A DNA stretch of 64,000 nucleotides. Source: Salisapilia sapeloensis CBS 127946 (lineage: Eukaryota; Protista; Oomycota). The stretch covers positions 74,679 to 138,678 of the forward strand of contig JAADVB010000014.1 in assembly GCA_023334545.1 (NCBI GenBank), in the 5' to 3' direction. Shown here in pieces: positions 1-11,830 of the stretch. The first letter of the stretch is position 1; each line of letters opens with the position of its first letter. The notes below the pieces were generated by a model, which saw only the letters and a program-made list of their open reading frames with translations, was not told the DNA's origin and searched no databases. Both the position numbers and the translations under genes were made by a program.

Positions 1-2
1 GA

Positions 3-695
3 ATGCCTGTCTTCTTGGACCGGACGTTGGAGAAGACATACGAGCTCATGGTGACGGACGCGAGTCCGACGGATCTACTGGAATACTTGTTCGCACAGGA
101 CGATCCGGACATGTATACACTGGTACGAGGTTACCAGTATCCTCTTCGATCTACCTCGAAAGAAGAGACGACAGAACCGATGGAAATACCATCCAGTGCG
201 ACGGAGACGCCGACGTTGACGACAGTGGAGGAAGCTTACGCGACGGTACAAGAGGAGGAAGTGCCGGAGACGATACCTCTTGCCACCAAGAGCCCTGTCT
301 ACGTCAGTCAGAATGGGATGACGTCGGATTCGGACTCGGATGCGATTGAGGACGAGGACATTGTGTCTATGCCAGACGTCTCGGACGATGACACGAGGAG
401 TGAGGATAGTTTATTACCAGTCATGGATTTGGACGCGTCCATTGAGTCGATCGATGCACCGCCGAAGAGTATCACACGGATGCAGCCGCCTCGAAGTCGA
501 CAGAATTTGAGTGACATGCGCGCGAGCTTTGCGTCGTCTCGATCGAATATCCCTGCTAGCAAGCCTTCAAGCGGTAGTCGACTGCCACCTCCACGTGTGT
601 CTTCGTTGCGGCCACCGAAGAGTCGAGAGGAGTTGACTCATGGTCGCCGCTTATCCTTCGGATACAATCGCAGTAGCGTGCCAACACGAAAGTAA
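3..695 (+). CDS. 3' part of an unidentified protein with a Ser/Pro/Arg-rich low-complexity tail (probably truncated by the window edge)
   Basis: Open frame from the window edge to TAA at 695; acidic then Ser/Pro/Arg-rich composition; no family motif recognised. Confidence 0.6.
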   Translation: MPVFLDRTLEKTYELMVTDASPTDLLEYLFAQDDPDMYTLVRGYQYPLRSTSKEETTEPMEIPSSATETPTLTTVEEAYATVQEEEVPETIPLATKSPVYVSQNGMTSDSDSDAIEDEDIVSMPDVSDDDTRSEDSLLPVMDLDASIESIDAPPKSITRMQPPRSRQNLSDMRASFASSRSNIPASKPSSGSRLPPPRVSSLRPPKSREELTHGRRLSFGYNRSSVPTRK

Positions 696-735
696 GACGA
701 ATGCATTTCGTACGTAGAGGTGAAATGGATCGTGT

Positions 736-1208
736 TTAATTTTGCACACGGTATGTGATATTTCTATCCTCCAAAAAGCGTTTGATCGGCTCAGGCAGCT
801 CACCCGACACGGTCACCGCATAGACGCCAGGGATCATGCGTACTATAGATAGGATCAATACGCGAGTCGAGTTCATGAAGACAATTCAAGTACCTAGACG
901 CTGCCATTTCGCCACCCAGCTTTCACGAGGTTGCATCATCGCTACCATACTAGGCATAGCTGTAAGAAAATAAACGCTCGAGTTTATGTCGTCACGTACC
1001 CTTCGAAATACGCCGACGTGCACTCGGCAACGCGCTGGCGATTGTCCGCCATTTGAAGGAACGTGCAGTTGTCACATCCTGTGTCGTAGAACTGCGTGAA
1101 CGTCTTGATCAGCGAGCACGTCATGCACGCGCGTAGCTCTCGGAACGTTGACGGAATATCTGCGTGCTCCATTGGTTCCTCCGCTTCATCGTACTCGTCC
1201 TCCCGCAT
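736..1208 (-). CDS. SPT4: Transcription elongation factor Spt4 (3 exons)
   Basis: LRACMTCSLIKTFTQFYDTGCDNC zinc-binding motif. Splicing two GT-AG introns gives SAYFEG-MVAMMQPRESWVAKWQRL-VRMIPGVYAVTVSGELPE...*, matching the Spt4 family. Confidence 0.95.
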
Positions 1209-1423
1209 ATTTTCCTACTTTGACGCATCTCATAAAAGCGATATCACTTGTGTAAGCTTGTTATGCAGCCAATTCAGTCGACCACCTCGGCCAACAGATA
1301 CTTTTCATCTCGGTTTCAAACCGTACGTTTAATTCGTAGAAAATCATCCTTCTGTCTCTACGATTGGATAAAATTTTGTCACCAAGTTCGTAACCTGCCA
1401 TACTCCAAACCAGCGGCTCTCCT

Positions 1424-1430
1424 TCATTCT
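1424..1430 (+). promoter_or_regulatory. Oomycete INR-like core promoter motif (TCATTCT)
   Basis: Matches YCATTYY and ends 18 nt before the ATG at 1449. A short motif, so chance cannot be excluded. Confidence 0.4.
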
Positions 1431-1448
1431 GGTGGTGATCTCCTAGCC

Positions 1449-2786
1449 ATGTTGTCCAAGGCCTCGTTCCGCGCCCCAGTGCGCTCTATCTTTACGCGCG
1501 CAAGCGCCATGCCACAGGTGTCCGTCGCGGAGGACTTCCCTTCGGCCCCAAAGTCGGAGCCGACGCCTGCGCCGGCCCCGAAGCTCACGGCGTCCAAGTC
1601 GCCGTCCGGCCTGGCGCTCGCTTCGGACTCGCGTTTCCCGCAGATCGCGACGCTCGGCATGGAAATTGCTGCCGGCACCCGTGTCGAAACGGATGAAATC
1701 GCTGGTATGTCTCAGCTTCTAGCCAAGATGGCTTTCCGTGCCACCATGCAGCGAACCGACTTGCGCATGTTCCGTGACGTCGAAGCGCTCGGCGGCCAAT
1801 TGCACGCGTATGCCGGCCGTGGCTTTGTCCGATTCGGCATCAGCGTCCTCCCGGAAAACCTCGAGGAGGCTGCCAACCTCTTGGCTGAGACCGTCCTCGA
1901 GCCTCGCTTTGCCTACTACGACTTGGCTCTCCAGAAGCAGCAGATTGCGCACGAAATCGATGAGTACACCAAGGACGCTTCCCGTAACTTGATGGAAGCC
2001 TTGCACTCGGCTGCCTTCTACGACGACCGTACGCTCGGCCGACCGCTCTTTGACGCGCAGTCCCTACCGTTCATCGGCAGCGAGGACCTGCGTAACTTTT
2101 ACACAAAGTACTTGACCACTGGTAACGCTGCGTTGGTTGCCTCAGGTGTTTCCCACGAAACGCTTACGGACGTGTCATCGCTCTTTGCCGACATCCCGCA
2201 GGGCCAGCGTGCTGGTTTCCAGAAGGCCGCGTACGTTGGTGGTGAGACCCGCGTCAAGGCTCCTCACGCTCCTTTCACGAACGTCGCGATCTCCCTCCCG
2301 GTCGGTGGCAACACGGCTGAGGCGGAAGTCCTGTCGCAGCTCTTGTCTGCTCGTCTCCGTGCCAACGGCTTTGGCAAGAAGGCTAGCGGATTCCTCGTGA
2401 ACTACGAAGACGCTGGACTCGTCGGTGTCCAGGGCAGTGCCCGAAGCGAGCAGGTTGCTCTTCTCGTCGACGCTATGGTTTCAGAGCTCAAGAACGCTGC
2501 CGTCAAGGCTCCGTCCAAGGAAGAGCTGGAGGGTGCGCAGAAGGCTGCCGGCATCGCTGAGGAAGCTCTCGTGTCGTCGAAGAACGGCCGAATGGCCAAG
2601 CTCGGCGCCATGGCGTTCACCCAGAAGACGCCGGAAGGCACCCCGGAGAGCAAGTTGGCTAAGGTGACGGCCGAACAGGTGCAGAAGTTGGCGCAGGAGG
2701 CAGTGAAGAGCAAGCCGTCGGTTGCTGCGATCGGTAAGGTTGGCAACGTCCTGCGTGTCGAGGAGCTTCAGCAAAAGCTTCAGTAA
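1449..2786 (+). CDS. M16 peptidase-like, non-catalytic: mitochondrial processing peptidase alpha / cytochrome bc1 core protein 2 type
   Basis: Basic N-terminal presequence (MLSKASFRAPVRSIFTRA). AGTRVE..GMSQLLAKMAF lacks the HxxEH zinc motif. LHSAAFY..TLGRPL, YVGGETRV and YEDAGLVGV motifs. Intronless, strong codon bias. Confidence 0.88.
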   Translation: MLSKASFRAPVRSIFTRASAMPQVSVAEDFPSAPKSEPTPAPAPKLTASKSPSGLALASDSRFPQIATLGMEIAAGTRVETDEIAGMSQLLAKMAFRATMQRTDLRMFRDVEALGGQLHAYAGRGFVRFGISVLPENLEEAANLLAETVLEPRFAYYDLALQKQQIAHEIDEYTKDASRNLMEALHSAAFYDDRTLGRPLFDAQSLPFIGSEDLRNFYTKYLTTGNAALVASGVSHETLTDVSSLFADIPQGQRAGFQKAAYVGGETRVKAPHAPFTNVAISLPVGGNTAEAEVLSQLLSARLRANGFGKKASGFLVNYEDAGLVGVQGSARSEQVALLVDAMVSELKNAAVKAPSKEELEGAQKAAGIAEEALVSSKNGRMAKLGAMAFTQKTPEGTPESKLAKVTAEQVQKLAQEAVKSKPSVAAIGKVGNVLRVEELQQKLQ

Positions 2787-4549
2787 GCAAAAGAAGAAAT
2801 AAAAGATTCTTTTTCTCTAGTTCGTCGTGTGATACTGCGAGTTGTGGTAGGCAAAGGAGGATATTGGAGAGATGATTAAAAAGGATTTTTCTTGGTGTAG
2901 TGGAGGGTGGTAGGAAGAACTTATAGGCGGAAGATATCCCTATACTACTATTTGATCGATGTCCAACTCTACACGAAAACATATCGCACGTTTAGTATGG
3001 TTTAGATAGTGCACGATTCGTAGTCACCTCCGGCCGACAATCTACAGTTCTTACGATAAAGGAGATCTAGCTTGTAGTCGTGTTGGTCATATTTTTGTAT
3101 CTTCATCTAGCGTGCTTATAGATGAAATGGAATGCGTGCTGCAATGCTTCATTCATGCTGATGACTGAATCTTTCTATGCCACGCAAGCGAGACTTTCGT
3201 GCCTGCAGCGAGTCTCTCCGCATTATGGAAAGAAGGATTCGCGCCGAGCGACATGCAAAACGAAGCGACTTGTATCCAATATCTTTTTTCTCAATCTCAT
3301 GACGCTACAAAGTGGATCCTTGCGACATCGTGGATACGTTTAACGAAACTGCGGGAAAGGCGCCGTGCCAAATGTCCGTCCTCGTCCGAGTTTACGTTAC
3401 CGCATCATGCGGTTCTGACTGGATGAAGCTTTCGGTTTTGATTGGAATATCTTGATATCTTCGTCATTGTCGTAGAGATACTTCCTAGAAGAAGATGCGC
3501 CTCTGAAGAAAAGTTGAAGACACTTGGCCAAGTTGAAGTAGGGAATCGACGTTGTAGGAGAGAATGATGATGCTGCTTACGTCGAGGCACGTGCGGATCT
3601 CGGCGTAAATCATGTCGTCAAGCACGAATGTGGCGCCTGCTCTCTACGAAAATGATTTGCGCAACAAAGGATGTTGGCACCCTGCTGCAATTGGCTCGTG
3701 GCGCGCTGTTCCGGATATACAAGAAGGGTCGTGGTGTTTGAGAAGCGCATGAATTCAGTTGTTTCCGACGTGGGTGCTGACTATTACGCAATGAAGTGGT
3801 CGGTATTCTAGCTCTACCACAGTGCGGACGAGATTGAAATTAAACCGACTCGTCTCGGCTTGTAGGAGCAGCGCGATTAGATAGTAGGCGGAAAAAATTG
3901 GCGTGCCAATATATGATGGGATATTGTGCTCTTATGTCGCTGACAGAGCAGTGTGGTAGAGTGCCTATCGCAGTCGGAAGACCATTACAGCTTTATCTAC
4001 ATCGAATGTATCTTTGACGTCGACACGATGGAAATGTAGGTCGATTTATAAACTAATCGAGTGAAGGTGTATCTTGATGACCTTTTCTTTACGTGTCCGC
4101 TCTTGGATTGCTGCGCGTACGTTTATTTTAGCGCTGAAGATTACACGAGCTTCATCGATTGGCCTTTGTACGTGGACCGCATGCAAGTTTCTCGAACGCG
4201 ATGAGTGGCTCCAATGCAGACGAAATCGCATACACGTAACATACAATTTTCCTGTCGAGTTCCTGACCACCAAAATAAGCTTGTCCAAGTAGCCACTGAT
4301 TTACAATGGGTTCTCCGACCGACGCCCGGTTGTCTCTGCTAAATCATTGGATAACATCAAAACGCATAAACCCTAGGCCCTGCGATTGTGGCAAGAACAC
4401 ACATAAACCGGCCGCGCCTAAATCCCTACACCTAGTAAAGCAACGCAATCATAGCGTCAAACCGCGCAAACATTCGGTCCATACAAAAACGCCGTGACTC
4501 GGCAGTTGCCAATTTGCACCCACCTACTCAAGTGAGAGATAGCTCCTAC

Positions 4550-6712
4550 ATGGGCAAATTCATGGAGAACCTTACTCAGCAGCGACTTTCGTGCGAGCGG
4601 GACTGGCGAGAGCGCAAGTCTGAAAAGGCTCGATCCAAGTCCAGCAAGTCCGGCAAATCCGACAAGTCGCGACCCAAGTCGCACGCGTCCACGTCCGACA
4701 GCAGCTTCGAACTCGATGATGCTGACCGGCCGCCGTCCGCACCGCCAGCACTCAAGCACATGATCACCGAAGGCTTTGGCGGCCAAAACCTGTGGATCAA
4801 AGCACCAGTCTTATCTGGTGTCCTTGAAAAGCGCGGCTTCCGATGGTTGAAAAAATGGAAGGCGCGCTGGCTGGAATTGCGTGGCGCAGAACTATCCTAC
4901 TTTGCCGACGTCCCGAAACTCTCGAATCGACGGGAACCACGTCACCTACGTAAGAAGGTGCGCATCACCAAGGATGCCACATTAGAAGACGTCGATGCCA
5001 CCACGTTCATCTTGACGCCCGGTCCGAATGAAGACCCGTGGGAATTACGGACAGATGATGCACCCACAAAAATCAAGTGGATGCGAGCTTTAACAAACTG
5101 TATTGACATTCGCATCTGGCTACAGCACTACGAGTCTGGGCCTGTTCTTGGCGCCGGAGGAAACGGCGTCGTGAAGAAGATGACGGACAAGAGAACTGGA
5201 AAGACGTTTGCTGTCAAATCTGTCGACGTTGCCAAGTTCCGGAATCGAGAAGCAGTTGTGGAAGAAGTCGAGATCCTGCGTCAAGTCACGAACGAAATCG
5301 GTCACGAGAACCTTGTCTTTATCCACAAAGTGTACGAAGAGAACGACCAAGTCTACATCCTACTGGATCTATGCGAAGGTGGCGAACTGTACGACCGTGT
5401 GGTTGAGCGTGGCAAGTTCTGCGAACGTGACGCCGCCAACATCATGCGTCAGCTCTTCTCGGCGCTGAGTGCGTTGCACAACCACAACATCTTGCATCTG
5501 GACATTAAGCCCGAGAATATTCTCATGGCCGACAAGAGCAAGGACTCTAAAATTATGTTGACGGACTTTGGTCTCGCGCGCATGGTAGACAAGAAGAACC
5601 CGCTCGATGAAACTTCCAGTCTCGCTGGAACCGTCGGTTACATCGCGCCAGAGGTCGTGACGTCCCGTGCGTACTCGCCTGCCGCAGACGTCTTCAGCTC
5701 TGGTGTCATCCTATTCATTCTACTCGTCGGTTACCCTCCGTTCTACGGTGACAATGAAGTCGACATCTTAACGAAAATCACAAGAGGCCAGTACCGTTTC
5801 CACTCTCGTCACTGGAACAAGGTGTCGGAGGAAGCCAAGGATCTCGTCCGTAAGATGCTTGAAGTGAACCCCAAGGACCGCATTACGATCGAAGAAGCCC
5901 TAAAGCATCCGTGGATGAAGCAGTTTGACACGCGCGAGCGTTGCGGATCTGAGTGCCAGGGCTCGTCGGACATTTGCAAGCGTCTCCACCGTTTCAACAC
6001 GCAGCGCAAGACGGACAGCGTCGGATGCTTGGTCTCATGTGCTCTCAATGAACCGACAGTGGAAGAGTTTGACAATATGACGAGCGTCGACACGTTCGCG
6101 ACAATCCTGCGGCAAGTGTCTCCAGTTGGTAAAGACTTTGTGCCGATCAAATGTGCCAAGCAGTTTGCTCGCAGCCTCCACGTTTCCCCGTACGTCGATC
6201 CGGATGAGTGGGCTGGATTCTTAGATGTCGACAAGGACGGATATGTGAGTGCGAACGATATGCACGTCCGTATCCGTGCCATGATGACTGGTGACATGGC
6301 ATTTACACCGATCCTCTACCATGCGCTGCAGAAGCTTGGGCCGAAGGACTCGGACAAACTCACGAAGAAGCACTTTGAGATGGCGTTTGAGACACTGCAG
6401 TGTCCGAAGGAGTGCTCGGAAGCATTTTTCAAGCACTGGGATGAACAGTTGGAACGCCGATCGACTCCGACGGATACGGCATCAGATACATCGATGGAGA
6501 GCGAGGAGTGGTCAGCGGAGCGAACGGTCAGTGTGGAACAGTTAGCAGATCTCATCCATGTGTTCCCGTTCGTGAAGAAGCTCTTCTTCCACCAGATGCG
6601 CACGAGAGCATTTGAATTGGTCCGTCGAGCAAGTCCCGAGAAGCTACCGTCCATCAACGAGAGTGGCCGTGCCGGATCGGATGGTAGCTCTTGCACAAGT
6701 ACCGCGTCGTGA
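4550..6712 (+). CDS. PH domain + CAMK-group Ser/Thr kinase + EF-hand-like C-terminal domain
   Basis: PH (VLSGVLEKRG..WKARWLEL..KWMRAL); kinase motifs GAGGNG, FAVK, HLDIKPEN, DFG, GTVGYIAPE; junction RLHRFNTQRK; EF loop DVDKDGYVSAND. First ATG at 4550. Confidence 0.92.
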   Translation: MGKFMENLTQQRLSCERDWRERKSEKARSKSSKSGKSDKSRPKSHASTSDSSFELDDADRPPSAPPALKHMITEGFGGQNLWIKAPVLSGVLEKRGFRWLKKWKARWLELRGAELSYFADVPKLSNRREPRHLRKKVRITKDATLEDVDATTFILTPGPNEDPWELRTDDAPTKIKWMRALTNCIDIRIWLQHYESGPVLGAGGNGVVKKMTDKRTGKTFAVKSVDVAKFRNREAVVEEVEILRQVTNEIGHENLVFIHKVYEENDQVYILLDLCEGGELYDRVVERGKFCERDAANIMRQLFSALSALHNHNILHLDIKPENILMADKSKDSKIMLTDFGLARMVDKKNPLDETSSLAGTVGYIAPEVVTSRAYSPAADVFSSGVILFILLVGYPPFYGDNEVDILTKITRGQYRFHSRHWNKVSEEAKDLVRKMLEVNPKDRITIEEALKHPWMKQFDTRERCGSECQGSSDICKRLHRFNTQRKTDSVGCLVSCALNEPTVEEFDNMTSVDTFATILRQVSPVGKDFVPIKCAKQFARSLHVSPYVDPDEWAGFLDVDKDGYVSANDMHVRIRAMMTGDMAFTPILYHALQKLGPKDSDKLTKKHFEMAFETLQCPKECSEAFFKHWDEQLERRSTPTDTASDTSMESEEWSAERTVSVEQLADLIHVFPFVKKLFFHQMRTRAFELVRRASPEKLPSINESGRAGSDGSSCTSTAS

Positions 6713-6901
6713 TTTGCTCCAGACGCTTCTTTTTTTATTAATTAGCCTTTTCGACCGTTCTTGTCCGGCTACGAGATAGTAGTACGCGAGCGTCACGGTG
6801 TAGTGAAGTGGCGACGTAGTTTGCTTAGGAAAAATAAGTTAGATAAAACGATTATGAACCTTTATAAATACTTTTCTTTTAGATAACGGCAATTGGTGAA
6901 A

Positions 6902-9900
6902 ATGAATCAAGAGGAGGACTACCCACGGACTGCAGAGGCGTTCGAGAACCTCTTTGCTGTCGTGAGCGATCCAAAGACCAAAGATAGTCATCAACAGCAT
7001 CTTGCTTTGGTGAAGCACATCCTCTACTTAAACGAACTTGGGTACGGGATGATTCGCGCCTTGTAGACATGGAAGAATGAATATTTTTATGCCTTATGTT
7101 CTAGATGGACGTTGCGCGAGCTATCGGAAGTAAATCAATTATTGCTACTCGTACGCGGAAAGGTGGAGCTACATGGCAGAACAGAGTTTCTACCACTTTT
7201 AGTCGCTGCGACTCGAATCTGTACACTGGTAAAACGCATTTCGCGTCTACACTTGTTTGCAGACGATAGACCTAAAGGTAGTATCTAATCGTCACTAGTC
7301 GTTCGTGAGATATCGATCCAATGAAGAATTATCACAACCATCCTTGATCCTGATGCTTTCGTCAACGCTCGGTCAATTGCTTCTATTCGACAACACTGAT
7401 GTCCAAGGTGCAGCCATCGATGCAATTTACAATCTCGCGGATGGAACATGTATATCACTTTATCTTATTTACTTGTTAGGGAAATATGCTTAGATATGGA
7501 CGTAGGCCTGGGCCGACACGACGAGCAATCGCTATTAGCGAGAAGGAAAACAGATCATGACGACCAGCGTGTTTCACCGAAAGATTTTAGTCGTTCTTGT
7601 CTGGAGGAATCAGGAGCTGTCGAGATGATAGCATCTTTGCTCAAAGCTCTTCTTCCGATGGAATCTTCAGAGACTGAAGTGAATGGAGACACACGAGAAA
7701 ATGTCTTTTTAAAAGCTGATGATGCCGAAGCTGAGATAATAGTCAGCAGCGTCTTAAACGAAATCACAGATCAGATTGTCCATGCCAAGAAGGTAGAAAT
7801 GGAAGTCAAAGTGAATGCTCTCCAATTTCCTCTACTGGAACTTATTCGAGAGGTCTCATCGCACCGTGCATGTGGTGAAACACTGGTAGCCAACGACGCA
7901 CTTACGCACATTATCTTTGTGCTAAGCTCCATCAAGAGTACTCGAGATGAAAGGTTGCCGACTTGTTTAGAGACGCTTTGGGATGTACTGGAGCAATGCG
8001 ACAAAACGATGAAATCGATGAAGACGTGTCGGTCTCGTCGACAGCTACTTGAAAAGTGCCGTCTTCAAAATGCTATATTTGCTATGAACAACATGTTCGC
8101 TCTGGAAACCCTTTTACATACTCTCGAGATGCTGCTCATGCATGGCCATCGACAGCAAGACAAAGAATTACGGAACATGTGTATGATCATTTTACATCTT
8201 GTAGCGAAGCGTACGAGCGCCTTGCCTACTTTTTACAGTTCAGGTGTAACTTCGTGCATTCTTTCCTATGCTGTCGCTGCTGAATCGGCCCAAATGGATC
8301 AGTCACAATATGCACGCAAGGAAAACGCTGCCGCAGTTACATCCAATGTTCGGCATTATGCTACGAACGCTCCAGTGGATGTCGAGTTTAAGCAGCTGAC
8401 TTGGTACCTCATCGCTCGTCTGTCCGAAGATAATGCTGAAAATTGTGCTGCAGTTGCGAGTTTTCGAATTGTAGAAGTATGGCTACACTACGCGCTCGAT
8501 GACTATGCTACAACATCCAACGCTGCGGACAAGCCAACTTCTGTGCTGCAATACTCCGTCACACAATCCCGAATGTTGGGAAGAAGTGCAATGCAAGTAT
8601 TAATTATTGTAGCTCGACGGATGCTCGAACATTTCTACGAAATCGACGGGCATGCAGTTATAGCAAAAGCAATGGAAGATCTGGCAGGCTGTAGCGAAGA
8701 TTATATAGTGGACGCTTGGCAACTACTCAATAGCGTTGTTTTGCCACTTGATTGGATCCAAGAAAGCTGGTACGGCATTAGAGTTTTGGTGATAGCTTTA
8801 CGAACTGTGTCTAGTCGTAACCATGGGAATTGCCGCCTGCGTCGACATGCTCTGCTGATATGTTGCAATCTATGCAGAGGAAATGAGCATCATCTAGCTC
8901 AATTCTATCATGCTGGCGGTGTCAGCATTGTATTAACGCTATTGCAGTACAATTCATCTCAGTTTATGCTTGAGGATTGTCTGCTCTTTGCTGTGTTAGA
9001 AGCAGTGCGCACCTGCATTGTTGGATATTCCGAGAGTGAACAACGATTTATTCAAGGAGATGGCATTCACAAACTATTGTCCATCATAGAAGTCGCTCCG
9101 AAGACTGTACAAGCTCACACTCTTGCAGTCCTCTCTGATGTGTGTACTCTACCCACGGCACTTCCATCCTTCACGTCGTGGCGTGGTGATCATGGAAACA
9201 CGAACAACCAGTCCGCATTGAAGCTACTTCTAAACTTATACTTTCAAGAAGAGAGACTCTATGGTGTTGAAAATAATCCTTCATACATCCAAAGTAGTAA
9301 TCAAGAAGATGAAGACGTACCTTCCACTCTACGTAGACAGCAAGCATTTGAGGCGGTAACGCAATGCATATCAACCTTGTCGCTGGCAGACGATACTAGT
9401 GGAGATTTGACATCCCCTCTGTCGACATCACGCCCAGATTCACCGGCCTTTGCTCGACTACATGATGCTCTTCGATCTAGTCAGAACCAATTAACAGTGT
9501 CAGATGTGGGCACATATCTCAATGAAACGAATCCAGAGAAACTACGGTCTATTCGGGCTTTAGACCTCCGTTCCAAGATTTATGCGCTCTTGTCATGCAC
9601 TTCCTTCCCTGTTTTAACGGACGACGTCCTGTCAGCAAAGGAAGAGACGCTGTTGGAAGTCATCAAAGAGCTTCCAACTTTCCAAGAAGGCGAGAAATGG
9701 CAAGAGATTGAGCTTACACTGCACGCAGAAGGAGTGCGTCCAATCTACGCAGATGCATTGCTCATTCGTCACCACATTGAGCAAGCTTATAACGCTGCCG
9801 TTTGTACTCAGCATGCCCGACAAGAGATTCAAAGTCGAGTTCATGTAAATCACTACGAGCAAGAGCAAGCGTATTTAGACAAAATTCTACTGCAGAAGAA

Positions 9901-10159
9901 GCAAGAAGCTCAGGCAGAGGCCTTCCATCAGCTAAATAAACGACAAAATTCAACCTTGGCACTTCACAAGGAGGCAAAAGCTAGACGTATGGACGTATTG
10001 CAAAAGCAAGACCCAGTGACATTTGCAGCGATGATGAATGCAGGAGAGAATGGGTTCCAGCTAGATGACCCTGCGCCAGAGGTGATCGAGGAAGAATTCA
10101 ATTCGCTCCGAATGAAAGAAGCCGAGATTGGTGGTAAACTATCGACGCTAGATAGGTAG
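6902..10159 (+). CDS. CFAP69: Cilia- and flagella-associated protein 69 (ARM/HEAT repeats), with short 5' exons
   Basis: Long helical-repeat ORF 7448-10159 plus 5' exons from ATG 6902. The C-terminal EGEKWQEIELTLHAEGVRPIYAD...QEIQSRVHVNHYEQEQAYLDKI segment resembles the CFAP69 C-terminus. The 5' exon boundaries are approximate. Confidence 0.8.
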
Positions 10160-10206
10160 GTTCTCTGTATAACAATCGACAAAATACTTTACGGACGCGT
10201 GGGCTT

Positions 10207-11113
10207 TTATTCTCCATCATCTGGATTTAGGTCGACTAATTCTGCTTGCAGTTCATCCAAGCTTTCGTTGATATGAGCGATGATGCCTTCATGTTTCGTA
10301 CTCAGCGTCTCTACTGACTGCTCCAAAAGTTGAATCGTCTTTTCATCAACTTCTTCTTGACTTTTAGAGTCCCGCAATCTCATTTGCTCCACGAACAATG
10401 CAGATGTCTAGCTCGAGTGTCATCATTCTATACATTTGTCTCCCGTTGGACTGTAGCATACCATCATCAGCTTTTCCTTCTCTTCATTTTGCACACGCCG
10501 AATGAGTTTTGCCAAGATTGTAGCTTTCCTTTCGCGGAGGATTGTCTAGAAAAGTTGACACTCAGACTTTTTCGGCATCACCCTTAGCTAACTACTGCTA
10601 CCTCAATTTCGTTGATGTGGTTGCTCAATGTAGCAAAGCGTTCAGTAATGCCATTGCCTAGACAACCAGTGCACGAATGCTGTGAGATAAAATTTGTGTG
10701 GATTGTCGAGATAAATAAAAGGTACAAAAAGCTGGAAATTGCTCTGTTGCCTGATGCTTCTCAAAGCCTCTACACGACAAATGAAAATGCTCAACCACAT
10801 TTAGTGTATAACGTAAATGAAAGCTTGCAACGTACTCTTGGAAATCGGCATACACTTTTACACGCTCCTCTTGCAGTTGAAAGAATCGGCGTGTAAGTGC
10901 GCTGAGTGACATATCACGTGTACTACTCCCAATGGTATCCTCCTCTTGGCACTCTTCATTCGAGCTTTGTTTTTCGCCGACATCCACTTCATTTTGTGTG
11001 GGTAGATCATCAACATTACTTGGTGTTTGCTTGGTATCCTTTGTAGAATTGCAGGCATCATGCTCGTGAGGCTCTCGATTCGCGAGTACTTCGTATGCCT
11101 TGGAGAAGTCCAT
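10207..11113 (-). CDS. REX1BD: REX1-B domain protein (REX1BD/C19orf60-like), about 5 exons
   Basis: Spliced product LTRRFFQLQEERVKVYADFQE-GFEKH..FC-NGITERFATLSNHINEIE-..LAKLIRRVQNEEKEKLMM-TSALFVEQ..IIAHINESLDELQAEL fits the REX1-B pattern. Confidence 0.75.
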
Positions 11114-11830
11114 TCGATGCTACTTATATTTTCATGTCCGCTTTCGTGTTTAAATTCGCAGCGCATTTAATCAGGTATATTTGAAGGCTTTAGATTCGCT
11201 TTCATGATTACCCCTGAAAAGCATTGTACGTCTGGACTTGATGGCCGGCAGTCAGGGACGCAGACTAATGGTAGATGCTAGAATCAGACCAAGTCGCGGA
11301 GTTTAGAACAGTTTGAGCCATCTTTTCATTTATATTCAGAAGCGACTCAGATGCTGTTGTTGAAAGGGTATACCTCTTAAACTTTGCAGGTCTGAGAAAT
11401 CCAGACGTTGTTGTACATGCTTGACGTAAAAATTGCTACAAGTGCTCTTGTGCATACAGATAGTGTTCTTATTATGATAAAAATGGAAGCATAGCCTCCC
11501 CACTATCACTACACTGTGCTTTACTTATAGGTAGAATCCAAGCCAGAGTAGAAGAACTGTAACCGCTCAACGCGGATACACTATGATCTATCTACAGTCT
11601 ATGTTAGAACTCTCCTGTTGCCAAGCAGCCGTCTGATTTTGACTTTCTTTATTCAGGTTTGATGCAATATCTTAACTGCCTACTTTAGTCTTCTCGTTCG
11701 TTTCAGCTTTAAATTATCAAGCGAGGCTCATTTAGGTGCTGGTAAATACTTGCTCTCCATCTTCGAAGAGTCTTGGTACTTCCAAAATTGTAAATTGCGA
11801 ACGGTACAAATCTGTAGCACGCATTTCAGT

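Noticed and set aside
3010-3840. A plus-strand frame of about 277 codons interrupted only by TGA (8 times), suggesting UGA recoding or a selenoprotein
   Set aside because: The translation is Arg/Cys-rich and protein-unlike, and a minus-strand frame here shows a similar TGA-only run, consistent with TA-dinucleotide depletion. Real genes in the window end in TGA (e.g. 6712, 29491, 46219), and I saw no SECIS-like element.
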